A DNA stretch of 64,000 bases, taken from sequence record OR525701.1. One strand, given 5' to 3'. The DNA comes from Escherichia phage vB-Eco-KMB38. Positions 1-8,914 of this stretch are shown in pieces. The translations under genes were made by a program, and so were the position numbers. The notes below the pieces were generated by a model. The model was not told the origin of the DNA, ran no database searches, and saw nothing but the letters and a program-made list of their open reading frames with translations. Position 1 is the stretch's first letter, and the number at the start of each line of letters is the position of its first letter.

Positions 1-292
1 GAGTACGTCTTCAAATGGTGGGGCATAACCGTTCTTACAAATTTCTTCTACTCTAGCATCAGAATGGTGTGTAAAAGCATTCATCAGGGATAGATAAGGT
101 CCGGTTAAAAATGTTCTCATTTAGTTTCTCTTAAGGTTGGGGCCGTTCCGTGGCACATGTTAGGTCCTTCGACTCGCTATGTAAACCCATTACCGCATTG
201 CGCTCGACCTTATTACAGGTTGGAAAAGGTACATCACTCAGAGGACTCGACGTTCATGAGGAGAGGTTGCGTTTCCCTTTATTAGGCAAGAA

Positions 293-622
293 TTATACTC
301 TAGGCTTTTGAGCTTGTTTGGTATTGGATTCCCATGCAGCTTTGGTAATTTTGTTAGCGGCATAACCAAAGGCATTAGATAGAACACCTTTAGAGTTGAA
401 TACATCCAATCCAATAAGTACACCGGCTGTGTTAAATTTAGGAGCAAAGTACGCATTAGTTTTAGAAAGAGCTTTTTTCAATTCAGGGTCTTGAACCAAA
501 CCATCAAAAACGCCTTTACTATTTACTTTATATGTTACTTTGGGATTTTTACCTTCTTCGATAGCAGCTTTCTGTTCCGCAGATAATGTAACTTCAGTGA
601 TAAACTCTTGATACGTTTTCAT
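293..622 (-). CDS. Internal protein (Ip-type) with N-terminal capsid-targeting sequence
   Basis: N-terminus MKTYQEFITE matches the T4 IPI/IPII/IPIII capsid-targeting sequence (MKTYQEFIAE, cleaved by prohead protease after E); RBS AGGAAC upstream. Confidence 0.65.
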   Translation of the reverse strand: MKTYQEFITEVTLSAEQKAAIEEGKNPKVTYKVNSKGVFDGLVQDPELKKALSKTNAYFAPKFNTAGVLIGLDVFNSKGVLSNAFGYAANKITKAAWESNTKQAQKPRV

Positions 623-647
623 TTTGTTCCTATTGTTTTAATTTATG

Positions 648-962
648 TTATTCTTTAGGGAAGTTTTTAGAGTATGCATCATAAAGTTTATTACCAATAC
701 GACGGAAGACTTTAGCTGCAAAACGGTTTTCAGGGTTTTTAATCATGATTTGCATCATGTAAGTTCCTGCATCCGAAAGAGCTTCTTCATAGTACCCATT
801 AATTTCTTTAAGAGTCCTACGTTTACCGCCAGGACCATCAACAGTAATTTTCCATTTACCTGTAGAAGTGCGGCTCGGTGGTTCAACTTGTTCAATCCAA
901 ATATAACCGCCTTCAACGCGTTGGTTGGCGGATTCTGCAATAAATTCTTTATACGTTTTCAT
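648..962 (-). CDS. Internal protein (Ip-type) with capsid-targeting sequence
   Basis: N-terminus MKTYKEFIAE; preceded by a strong sigma70-like early promoter. Confidence 0.65.
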   Translation of the reverse strand: MKTYKEFIAESANQRVEGGYIWIEQVEPPSRTSTGKWKITVDGPGGKRRTLKEINGYYEEALSDAGTYMMQIMIKNPENRFAAKVFRRIGNKLYDAYSKNFPKE

Positions 963-983
963 TTTTGTTTCCTTGTTTGTTTT

Positions 984-1023
984 GATAGAGCAATTATACC
1001 ATATTAATACTTAAGCGTAAACC
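984..1023 (-). promoter_or_regulatory. T4-type early promoter (GTTTAC -35, TATAAT -10) for Ip gene 648..962
   Basis: Minus-strand sense GGTTTACGCTTAAGTATTAATATGGTATAATTGCTCTATCAA, then AAGGAAAC RBS and ATG. Confidence 0.6.
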
Positions 1024-1025
1024 GT

Positions 1026-1286
1026 TTAAGCTTTACCGCCAGAAATAATTCCGAAGTTGTTAAAATCATATCCAATATCGCCAACGTCTACTTTAGGGCT
1101 TGCTACAACATAAGCAATTTCACTACGTTTTGCATAGGTGTTGATTTCTTTACCATCGCCACCTAAGAAAGAATATCCATTACGTTTTAACGAGCCAAAG
1201 TCTTCCGCATCACCAATGAAAGCTTTAACTTTAAATTTAGGACCTTTGGCATCTGCTTCAAAGATAAATTCTTGATACATTTTCAT
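1026..1286 (-). CDS. Internal protein (Ip-type) with capsid-targeting sequence
   Basis: N-terminus MKMYQEFIFE; Gly-rich small protein. Confidence 0.55.
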   Translation of the reverse strand: MKMYQEFIFEADAKGPKFKVKAFIGDAEDFGSLKRNGYSFLGGDGKEINTYAKRSEIAYVVASPKVDVGDIGYDFNNFGIISGGKA

Positions 1287-1292
1287 TTTTCC

Positions 1293-1706
1293 TTAGTAAA
1301 TTGATTTACCATAGTATTTGTACCAAGTCGGACGTTGAGCAATTTTTTCATCTAAGCGTGCTTGACTTATCGCAATGGACGCTTCGGACGGGACATAATT
1401 ATTACGAAATTCGGCAGGTATGTCGGAAATATCCTGGACCGTCGTGTCCTTTATTTTGAAACCGCGTTTCAAACATTCAGCGATTAGCTCGATTTGACGT
1501 AAACGTAAAAATTCGAGTTTGTCGTAAAAGAATGTTACGTGACCTGTGCCTAAGATAAATGTTGGAGAGATTTTAAAATCCTTTACACGTTTACCATTTT
1601 GGACATGTTTACGGACTGCACCAAATACGCGTGGTAATTCACGATACTCAGCCATAAGATGTTGGTCGGTCAGTTCAGAAACAAGTGTTAAATTGATACG
1701 AGTCAT
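1293..1706 (-). CDS. denV: Endonuclease V, pyrimidine-dimer DNA glycosylase/AP lyase
   Basis: Sequence from [29 protein letters not shown] closely matches T4 DenV; start placed at internal Met (ORF track starts 12 nt upstream at 1718). Confidence 0.9.
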   Translation of the reverse strand: MTRINLTLVSELTDQHLMAEYRELPRVFGAVRKHVQNGKRVKDFKISPTFILGTGHVTFFYDKLEFLRLRQIELIAECLKRGFKIKDTTVQDISDIPAEFRNNYVPSEASIAISQARLDEKIAQRPTWYKYYGKSIY

Positions 1707-1764
1707 AATTTCCTCCAAGTAGTTGATGAATGTATAGTATCAAAACCCTTGGAGGAAGTAAACA

Positions 1765-2046
1765 CTATTTTTCTGAAGCGCCTGAAATATATTTTTCAAG
1801 ACGTTGTTTCATCAGCGAGCCGTTCTTAGCGATTTCTTCCGGTTTATCGCACATACGCAACAAGGCTTCAAGCTTAACGATATCACTGGTGCGCTCAAAT
1901 TTGCGAGTATCTATCTTACTAGCAAGTTCAGAAATACGTGCTAATAGACTTTCAGCTTCAACCAAAGCTGCACCTAGCTTAGTTGCAAATGTGTCAGTAG
2001 CTTCGTTAAGAATAGATTCTGATAAAAATTCACTATATGTTTTCAT
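1765..2046 (-). CDS. Internal protein (Ip-type) with capsid-targeting sequence
   Basis: Internal start gives [10 protein letters not shown]; ATG overlaps the lysozyme stop (ATGA); ORF-track start at 2061 is a TTG. Confidence 0.6.
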   Translation of the reverse strand: MKTYSEFLSESILNEATDTFATKLGAALVEAESLLARISELASKIDTRKFERTSDIVKLEALLRMCDKPEEIAKNGSLMKQRLEKYISGASEK

Positions 2047-2531
2047 ATATACGCTTTCCAAGTTCCTGTTTTAAATGTTGATATTACGCGTTTCGCGCGA
2101 TTGGGTGTCTGACGATACCATTTAGATTGGGCTAGATTTACTGCCGCTTCGTCCCAACGTTTCTGTTGAAGCATACGAAGAGAATTAGTAAAACCGGCGA
2201 CGCCTGCTACACCCATTTGGAAGACCATATTGACCAATGCACAACGACGAACCGCATCTAAAGAATCGTATACCGGTTTAAGTTTAGCATTACCCAAGAT
2301 TCCGCGAACGGCTTTATCAACGTCTTCATTAAATAGCTTTTCAGCCTCATCAAGGGTAATTGGACCGTTGCATTTACGGCCGATCATTCTGTCAAGTTCA
2401 GCTTTAGCTACGGCTAAAGATGGGTTCTTTGTTACTAAATGGCCTATGCCAATCGTCCAAAAGCCTTCAGTGTCTTTGTATAAAGTCAGTCTAAGACCTT
2501 CGTCATTACGAAGCATTTCAAATATATTCAT
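2043..2531 (-). CDS. e: Lysozyme (endolysin, T4 e)
   Basis: [32 protein letters not shown]... near-identical in pattern to T4 lysozyme; GGAGG RBS directly upstream of the MNIFEML start. Confidence 0.95.
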   Translation of the reverse strand: MNIFEMLRNDEGLRLTLYKDTEGFWTIGIGHLVTKNPSLAVAKAELDRMIGRKCNGPITLDEAEKLFNEDVDKAVRGILGNAKLKPVYDSLDAVRRCALVNMVFQMGVAGVAGFTNSLRMLQQKRWDEAAVNLAQSKWYRQTPNRAKRVISTFKTGTWKAYI

Positions 2532-2565
2532 AATACCTCCCACGTTTATAGGAGGTATTTATTAC

Positions 2566-3024
2566 TTATAGGAGGGTAGTGAGCACCTTATATAATGATT
2601 TGCCCATTACATATTCCCATTGAGAAGGTTTAATTAAAGCGAATGCATCAAATTCAGGAATCTGACGTCCGTCCGGGAATGTATGATAGGAATTACAAAC
2701 ACTATTTCTGAATTGCTCGTGCTCTACAGGGATGGTATATAGGAACAGGTGAATATTCTTATTGTCTGAGTAATGATGTTCACCTAGGTCTTTCAGGAAG
2801 GCAGGGTCATATTGTGTAAACCCAGTTTCTTCTTCGCATTCACGAATAGCGGCTTCGATAGGAGATTCGCCGGGCTCGACACGACCTTTAGGAATATCCC
2901 ACCGATGAGCTAAAGAACCTTTAGGACGAGAACCAGTTACACGCCCCATGAATAATTCTTTATCTTCGGTAAGGAAAATAATACCAGCTGATAGTTCTTT
3001 CACTTTATTTTTCTTACTCATCAT
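2566..3024 (-). CDS. nudE: Nudix hydrolase
   Basis: Nudix box GRVEPGESPIEAAIRECEEETG; position immediately upstream of e as in T4 (e.1); start uncertain by 1-5 codons. Confidence 0.85.
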   Translation of the reverse strand: MMSKKNKVKELSAGIIFLTEDKELFMGRVTGSRPKGSLAHRWDIPKGRVEPGESPIEAAIRECEEETGFTQYDPAFLKDLGEHHYSDNKNIHLFLYTIPVEHEQFRNSVCNSYHTFPDGRQIPEFDAFALIKPSQWEYVMGKSLYKVLTTLL

Positions 3025-3512
3025 CTCAAATTCCTGCATTCAGTAATAAAACGTTCAACTTCATTATTCTTGGCCTTTATCTTGGCTTTATGTTCTTGTA
3101 AACTACTTTTAATAAGATTAATAATGATGGCGGCGGTACCGCCGCCAATGATGCCACCAACACCACTTATGATACTAGATGCTAATAAGATAGCAATAAT
3201 ATCAACAAAACCGAAAGAACTCACCTTAGTACTGAAAAACCATATAGACGGTGCAAATATAATCCATCCTGTTATCCATTGACACTTATTGAAAAACTTT
3301 TCAAGCTCAGCTTGAGTTGTTCGTATTACTTCATCGATAGGTTGATATCCATTAATGTATCTGTTCACGATAATACCTGCTGGCTGGTCGATTTTAAATG
3401 CTTGACAATGGCGTTTCACTAAGTATGATGGACATCCTGTCCAATCTATAGAATAATATGAAATACCTTCGTCGCCATCGTCCATGTTTGTCCAGTGAAT
3501 TTTATGTATCAT
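3021..3512 (-). CDS. Hypothetical membrane protein (C-terminal TM segment, tail ERFITECRNLR)
   Basis: ORF with hydrophobic stretch IIAILLASSIISGVGGIIGGGTAAIII; no recognised homologue. Confidence 0.5.
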   Translation of the reverse strand: MIHKIHWTNMDDGDEGISYYSIDWTGCPSYLVKRHCQAFKIDQPAGIIVNRYINGYQPIDEVIRTTQAELEKFFNKCQWITGWIIFAPSIWFFSTKVSSFGFVDIIAILLASSIISGVGGIIGGGTAAIIINLIKSSLQEHKAKIKAKNNEVERFITECRNLR

Positions 3513-4198
3513 TACCAGCCTTCCATAGGGAATTCCAGATAAACTTGGGCGTTGACACGAATTTCATTGGTAATCTTTTTAACTCGGTCTGTATTACGAG
3601 ATACACGTCCGAACCAACGCCATCCATTACTAATTGCACGAGAACCAGTGTGCCATGTTTGCCAATCAAACTGAAGAAGAGTACGATCTGGAGCTTCCCA
3701 TTTCTCTAGTTCGCCTTTTTCGATTTTTTCGAGGACTTCTTTGTGCCACTGGCGATAGATAAGTTCGCCATCAGGAATCTGACTGAACTCTGCAGTTCCT
3801 GTTGCAAAATGAGTAGGACACACATCAGCGTTAACAAGACCAAGAATATGTTCAGAATGGTAACGAGGGTTGTCATAATCAGGTTGTCCTGCAGTAATAA
3901 AGTGTTGACCTACCGGAATATCAGGGCGTGGTACATCGTCATGGTGATAACCTGGGATAGCAGGGTACCAACCAGGCATCAGCATGTGGACTCGTGAATC
4001 AAATACAACCTGGTCGGTGTTCCAATCATCAGGCAAGTTCATGATGAAGCTGCGAGTAATAGGACCGCCGTTATTATAAGCAAATTCTAAACTACAGTTA
4101 AAGAACATAGGCTCGTTCTTGATTTTATCATTAGAAATACCGCCGGCAAAACCACCTACTGCACGAGCTTGACTATTAAACACTTTAGAACTATTCAT
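3512..4198 (-). CDS. Hypothetical protein (228 aa)
   Basis: Long uninterrupted ORF; start codon adjacent to stop of upstream gene; function not recognised. Confidence 0.55.
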   Translation of the reverse strand: MNSSKVFNSQARAVGGFAGGISNDKIKNEPMFFNCSLEFAYNNGGPITRSFIMNLPDDWNTDQVVFDSRVHMLMPGWYPAIPGYHHDDVPRPDIPVGQHFITAGQPDYDNPRYHSEHILGLVNADVCPTHFATGTAEFSQIPDGELIYRQWHKEVLEKIEKGELEKWEAPDRTLLQFDWQTWHTGSRAISNGWRWFGRVSRNTDRVKKITNEIRVNAQVYLEFPMEGW

Positions 4199-4199
4199 A

Positions 4200-4505
4200 T
4201 TATTTTCCTCGACATTCTTTAATGAAATTTTCTAGATTGGTAGATTCAATAGCTTTTTTACGAGCTTCTGCGTGTTCTTCTTCAGACAATTTACGTTTAT
4301 AATTGACCCAGACATTATGGTCGAAACCAGTCGTGGCATATAATATCAATGCTCCAACGAATAGCAAAAACGGCGATAAGAATACAAAACCAGGAACACC
4401 ATCCATATCGTAAGCCTTTTGTAATACTGCAACAGAAAGAGCTACGTAAAAAGGTGATGCAAGTATTGTTAAAAGACCAATTCGGTTGGTTTCTGTTAAT
4501 TTCAT
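4200..4505 (-). CDS. Hypothetical small membrane protein
   Basis: Two hydrophobic helices; GAGGAG RBS; C-terminal ENFIKECRGK; downstream of PeSL promoter. Confidence 0.55.
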   Translation of the reverse strand: MKLTETNRIGLLTILASPFYVALSVAVLQKAYDMDGVPGFVFLSPFLLFVGALILYATTGFDHNVWVNYKRKLSEEEHAEARKKAIESTNLENFIKECRGK

Positions 4506-4520
4506 AATATTCTCCTCAAG

Positions 4521-4562
4521 TTGATAGGACTACTATAACATAGTCCTATAATTGTGTAAACA
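4521..4562 (-). promoter_or_regulatory. PeSL-type early promoter cassette (GTTTAC -35, extended -10 TGTTATAGT inside 10-bp inverted repeat)
   Basis: Plus strand gataggactactataacatagtcctataattgtgtaaac; near-identical copies at 5816 and 12439. Confidence 0.6.
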
Positions 4563-4573
4563 GTTTTGTGAAG

Positions 4574-5530
4574 TTATTTGAAAGGTTTTACCATATGGAA
4601 ATTTTGTTTGAAACGTTTGACGTAATCGTCATGTCCTAAGCGTTGGTACATACTTACAACTTTGCTGTAGTTTTCCCAGGCGTATTCACGGAACCAACCG
4701 GAGGTGATGCTTGTGCAAACTTTTTCTAATGCCATCATGAAACTGGCTTCAGAGTTAATTTCAAAGTTATTAGGAATCTGAGAACGTTCTAATGCTAGTA
4801 CACATGATTCTTCATATACACCGGCCAATTTGACCATTTCTGGTAACGATTCGAACTTCTCGCGTGAGGTCATGACTTCAGAACCATCTTTCATGTAAAA
4901 TGTATAAGCCGGACGGTCTGTTAGTGCAATGGCTTCGTGAATAGTATCATGGTCATATGTGTAGATGTCATCTTTAAAGAATGCGCTTTTAGAAGTGTCA
5001 AGAATCGGGTGAGCATAGTTCAAGGTTTCTTTCTGGCGTTTCAGCATAATTTCAGTAAGTTCATCGTTCAGTGTAACACCTTTACCACGAAGATACTGGA
5101 TATGGTTCATAGTCTTTAAAAAGAATGGATTATTTTTCTTGAAACGATGAGACATTTTAATTGCAAGACATATCTCAGGAGTTGCCCAGTAAAACCCGGT
5201 CAAACGATCTTTAGTCAAATTTTTCTTGGCGTATTTTAAAAGGTCATAAGAAGACGTGAAATCTTCAGGAGTGAGTTCACCGACTAATTCACGAACATTA
5301 GTGATTGCCGGAACAATATATGCTTCAAAATGAGTTTCGCGTCCATTATGGAAGCATTTGAAAACTTGGACATCAGGGTTATCTTGGTGAACATATACAC
5401 CCATCATTTGATTTTTGAATGCATTCCAAGAACCTTGGTCCGCAATAAAGTCCCAATCGCTATTTTTGATAGCGCTAGAATCAATAAGACCATGATAGTG
5501 AAGTGCACGAGAACCAATAACTAACATCAT
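4574..5530 (-). CDS. Hypothetical protein (318 aa)
   Basis: Long ORF with GAGGAAAATATT RBS; no recognised family. Confidence 0.55.
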   Translation of the reverse strand: MMLVIGSRALHYHGLIDSSAIKNSDWDFIADQGSWNAFKNQMMGVYVHQDNPDVQVFKCFHNGRETHFEAYIVPAITNVRELVGELTPEDFTSSYDLLKYAKKNLTKDRLTGFYWATPEICLAIKMSHRFKKNNPFFLKTMNHIQYLRGKGVTLNDELTEIMLKRQKETLNYAHPILDTSKSAFFKDDIYTYDHDTIHEAIALTDRPAYTFYMKDGSEVMTSREKFESLPEMVKLAGVYEESCVLALERSQIPNNFEINSEASFMMALEKVCTSITSGWFREYAWENYSKVVSMYQRLGHDDYVKRFKQNFHMVKPFK

Positions 5531-5558
5531 AATATTTTCCTCGGATTAATTCATCAAC

Positions 5559-5810
5559 TTAAATTTCACGACATGCGATATTATATTCATCCCATAGGTC
5601 ATCATGTGAAGCCTCTACCAATGGAACGATTGTACCGTTTATGTCTTCATTATAAGGGCAAATTGTACAGTGCGCATCTTCGAATCGGATGCCTTTGTGT
5701 TCAGATTTTTTATAACGCATATCGAATAACTTTGCAAACTTTTCACGAGTAATAGTTTTAGCAACTACTTCGGTTCCAATACTTTCGTAATAAATCATTG
5801 TGGACTCCAT
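5559..5810 (-). CDS. Hypothetical small protein with Cys/His cluster
   Basis: 83 aa, HCTICPYNEDING...H suggests possible metal binding; PeSL promoter directly upstream. Confidence 0.5.
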   Translation of the reverse strand: MESTMIYYESIGTEVVAKTITREKFAKLFDMRYKKSEHKGIRFEDAHCTICPYNEDINGTIVPLVEASHDDLWDEYNIACREI

Positions 5811-5815
5811 TTAAT

Positions 5816-5857
5816 TTGATAGGACTACTATAACATAGCCCTATCTTGTTGTAAACT
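5816..5857 (-). promoter_or_regulatory. PeSL-type early promoter cassette
   Basis: gataggactactataacatagccctatcttgttgtaaac, repeat of the element at 4521. Confidence 0.6.
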
Positions 5858-5860
5858 GTT

Positions 5861-6058
5861 TTAGCAAGAATAACTAGACGATACCCAGCCTTGAACAGTA
5901 ATGCTATTATTAGATAATGAGATTGCGTTCTGGAGATTCAGACCTGCGTTATCTTCAATCCATAATGTAACTTCTTCGCGTTCTTCTGTTGCAATTTGGA
6001 ACAGGTTTTCCAGGGCAGCTACTGCCGTACGTACAGCACAATCTAATTCACGAGACAT
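5861..6058 (-). CDS. Small protein, paralogue family member (ends GWVSSSYSC)
   Basis: 65 aa; shares C-terminal W-x-S-S-S-x-x-C motif with the next two genes. Confidence 0.5.
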   Translation of the reverse strand: MSRELDCAVRTAVAALENLFQIATEEREEVTLWIEDNAGLNLQNAISLSNNSITVQGWVSSSYSC

Positions 6059-6067
6059 ATGGTTTCC

Positions 6068-6340
6068 TTAGCAAGTGTGAGAAGATGCGATCCAACCACC
6101 AGTTTCGAGGCTCAGGTTGTAGTCGTATTGGTAAACGTCAGCCCATTCAGCATAGCCGTTTTTTGTACAACGTTCAAGATCGGCTTTAAGCTGTCCGGGT
6201 GAATGATATGTTCCACCCATACCATAAGCTGGATACAAGTCGAATGTTGTGTTTTGTTTATCAGCAATTTCTTTGGCAGCCTCAATAGCTGCATAGATTT
6301 TTGCTACAGCTTCAGCCAGTTCGGTTTGTTCTTTAGACAT
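6068..6340 (-). CDS. Small protein, paralogue family member (ends GGWIASSHTC)
   Basis: 90 aa; N-terminus MSKEQ; conserved C-terminal motif followed by TAAGGAA RBS of next gene. Confidence 0.5.
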   Translation of the reverse strand: MSKEQTELAEAVAKIYAAIEAAKEIADKQNTTFDLYPAYGMGGTYHSPGQLKADLERCTKNGYAEWADVYQYDYNLSLETGGWIASSHTC

Positions 6341-6349
6341 AATGATTCC

Positions 6350-6655
6350 TTAGCACAACGCAGAAGACGAAACCCAAGCACCTTCAGTAATAACGTAACC
6401 ATTACCTTCACGCTTAACATCGCCACCATTATTTTCAATTTCATCTTTCATCCACTGGGATACGATTTCACCCTTAGGATAATAAGTACGACCGCTACCA
6501 TAATCACCTACAGAAAATGATACAGAATATTGGTCTGCGATCTTTGTTGCTTCTTCTTCGATACGTTCAGCTTGATTCAGAAGTTTATAAATTGCATCTG
6601 AAGCGGATTTGGCATCATTAAACTCTGGTACTTTAATTTCAATAATCTTACTCAT
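6350..6655 (-). CDS. Small protein, paralogue family member (ends GAWVSSSALC)
   Basis: 101 aa; N-terminus MSKI; same C-terminal motif. Confidence 0.5.
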   Translation of the reverse strand: MSKIIEIKVPEFNDAKSASDAIYKLLNQAERIEEEATKIADQYSVSFSVGDYGSGRTYYPKGEIVSQWMKDEIENNGGDVKREGNGYVITEGAWVSSSALC

Positions 6656-7011
6656 TTTCTACATTCCTTAATAAAGTTTTCTATTGTTTCATTTTCACGT
6701 CTAGCTAGGAGTTCATTATAACTAATCATTTGAGAAGCGTAAACCTTTTTATTTTTCTTGTTATGGTTTATAAAATCGTAGTAAAAATAGACTACAGTAC
6801 AAAAGGATGCGATGGATGCAAAGGCTTGGGTATACCGTAAGTCCTGCCATTGGTCTGTGAATCCACCAGTGTTCCCTATAAATCCTAACACAACGCCGTC
6901 AATAAGAAATCCAACTAATCCAAAGGCAAATCCCATGCCAATACTCATAATAAAAATTAGAATGTTCTCACCAAGAGAAGGCCATACGGTTAAGAGTTGA
7001 GGTTTTTGCAT
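6652..7011 (-). CDS. Hypothetical membrane protein
   Basis: Hydrophobic segments; AAGGAAAT RBS; C-terminal IENFIKECRK. Confidence 0.55.
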   Translation of the reverse strand: MQKPQLLTVWPSLGENILIFIMSIGMGFAFGLVGFLIDGVVLGFIGNTGGFTDQWQDLRYTQAFASIASFCTVVYFYYDFINHNKKNKKVYASQMISYNELLARRENETIENFIKECRK

Positions 7012-7385
7012 CTTATTTCCTTAACGAATTCCATAGCTTCTTCATATTCATACTTTTTAACAGCTTCATCATACTGAGCTTGGGCTTTTGCGCACTGAAC
7101 TTTCCACTCGCGAACTCGAGCTCTGTGATGACGGCCTTGGTGCCAATATCCTGCCCAATTAATAGGCATTAATAAAAACGGTACAATAAGTGGTGCGACG
7201 AACATTAATGAAAACGCTGCATCAGACGATATAACTTTATTGGAATCTAAAATAGCTCCTATAATCATAAAGATTAAAAATGCTAAAGCTAAAATAGGGC
7301 CAAATAGTACTTCGTTTGGGATTAATTTACGTTTGTATTCGTATGCCCATGGCTTAATTGGCATGTACAGGGTTGGCTTTGACAT
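6990..7385 (-). CDS. Hypothetical membrane protein
   Basis: ORF-track start at 7415 is TTG; first ATG gives MSKPTLYMPIK; two hydrophobic helices; C-terminal EFVKEIRCK. Confidence 0.5.
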   Translation of the reverse strand: MSKPTLYMPIKPWAYEYKRKLIPNEVLFGPILALAFLIFMIIGAILDSNKVISSDAAFSLMFVAPLIVPFLLMPINWAGYWHQGRHHRARVREWKVQCAKAQAQYDEAVKKYEYEEAMEFVKEIRCKNLNS

Positions 7386-7977
7386 ATTCTCTACATTCCA
7401 TAATAAATTGCTCAAGGATTAAATTGTTAGTGAAATTAGGACTAACAACCATAGTTTCATAAAGCGCATCAATAGCACTTAAAGCATCAACTCTTTTAAG
7501 CAAAGGCTTGCCTTCATACATAGTTTCAGAATCGACGATTAACGTAAAGTAATATTTTTTATTATCGACTAGAACTTCTGTGTCGATATAAAACATATTA
7601 GACCTCAGAAGCTTATCTCTAAAACCATAATAATCTTCTGAACGTTCGCTGATATATTCCCATTCAGTGTTTAAACAACAAACAGACCACGTAGGAGCAA
7701 CGAAATCAGTGAATCTAATATCATGGTCTGCAACTAGTTTAGCAATAGCTCCGATATCATGAATCATAATACCTGGGGCTAATAAAGATTTTCTGCTATG
7801 GCTAGCCGTTTTCTCAGTGGTCTCATAAGAAGCTGACCAGTACCATTTACGTCCGGTTGCAACATATCGTAATGAATCAACTAAAGACGTAGGTGGATTT
7901 ACCTTATCTCGGAACTCTTCGAACATCGAGTCAATATCATTATTTTGGTTTCGCATGTTAACTCCTTTATCATCCAA
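7354..7977 (-). CDS. Hypothetical protein (207 aa)
   Basis: ORF with C-terminal EQFIMECREY motif overlapping next gene start. Confidence 0.5.
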   Translation of the reverse strand: MDDKGVNMRNQNNDIDSMFEEFRDKVNPPTSLVDSLRYVATGRKWYWSASYETTEKTASHSRKSLLAPGIMIHDIGAIAKLVADHDIRFTDFVAPTWSVCCLNTEWEYISERSEDYYGFRDKLLRSNMFYIDTEVLVDNKKYYFTLIVDSETMYEGKPLLKRVDALSAIDALYETMVVSPNFTNNLILEQFIMECREYVKANPVHAN

Positions 7978-8005
7978 AAGGAGGACCGGAGTCCTCCGTA
8001 TTATT

Positions 8006-8599
8006 TTATTTCAAAGAGTTAATATATTCTTGTACATCAGCAGAAGTGGTTTCGACACCGGCTGGAGTACCATTGAACGTTTCAACACGAGTCAGAGTGT
8101 CTTCGATATCAACCTTAGTCAGTGCAGCGATTTCAATTACATCATCGGCCGTAGAGATACCAAGGGCATTGGCTGCTCGAGTTTCACGAATGTATTCGAG
8201 TTTGATTGCCAGATTCTGACGAGCATCATCAAGTTCAACCACCTTACGAGCAATTTCAATTCGCATAGCGGCATACCCGTCGGCTTTTGTATTAAGTTGT
8301 TCGGCAGTTCGACGATACAGAAGACCAAGCTTAGCATGCATGGTAACATCTTGTCCTTCGGCCAAGAGCTTACGAATTTCACGTTCCTTAGAAGCGGCTT
8401 GTTTATTCTTTTCAATAACAAGTTCGCGAATACGTTTTTCTTCATTAATAGATTTAACAGAAGCCGTTTTTAGTTCTTTGATTTGGGTAATCAACTTATC
8501 TGCAGCTGCGTTATACTGTTCTTCGACAGTCAGATTTTTAGCCATAGCAGTACCCAGTTTAGTGCGGATGAATTCAACAAGTTTCTTCAGTGTGTTCAT
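8006..8599 (-). CDS. Coiled-coil protein, possibly PspA/IM30-like
   Basis: Start at MNTLKK after AAAGG RBS (ORF-track start is 5 codons upstream); heptad-rich, charge-alternating sequence resembling PspA architecture; assignment is inference. Confidence 0.45.
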   Translation of the reverse strand: MNTLKKLVEFIRTKLGTAMAKNLTVEEQYNAAADKLITQIKELKTASVKSINEEKRIRELVIEKNKQAASKEREIRKLLAEGQDVTMHAKLGLLYRRTAEQLNTKADGYAAMRIEIARKVVELDDARQNLAIKLEYIRETRAANALGISTADDVIEIAALTKVDIEDTLTRVETFNGTPAGVETTSADVQEYINSLK

Positions 8600-8669
8600 A
8601 TTATTACCTTTCAATTGGTGGTTTATTATCCAATGAGAGCATTATACTCTGCTCTCAAGAGTTTGTAAA

Positions 8670-8897
8670 TTATTTTTTAATCAAATTGACATAAAACTTG
8701 GCGTCTTCCGGGTGCATGCCTTCACAGTATTCTTCAACCATGAACTTCTTAACAGCTTCATAAGGACCACTCAGATTAAGCTCAGTTGTCCAGAACTTGG
8801 AATCTTGGGCTGAATCGATACGAACTTCAGGGTGACGGTTGCGAATAACTTCTTCGGTATATTCATAATCAACGACATCAATACTAACTTTAGCCAT
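8670..8897 (-). CDS. Hypothetical small protein (75 aa)
   Basis: ORF with AGAGGAAAAC RBS downstream of an early promoter. Confidence 0.5.
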   Translation of the reverse strand: MAKVSIDVVDYEYTEEVIRNRHPEVRIDSAQDSKFWTTELNLSGPYEAVKKFMVEEYCEGMHPEDAKFYVNLIKK

Positions 8898-8914
8898 TTT
8901 GTTTTCCTCTTGAT

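Noticed and set aside
645-1007. 120-aa plus-strand ORF overlapping the Ip gene at 648..962
   Set aside because: It is antisense to a gene with a clear capsid-targeting N-terminus, RBS and promoter; the composition looks like a reverse-frame artefact
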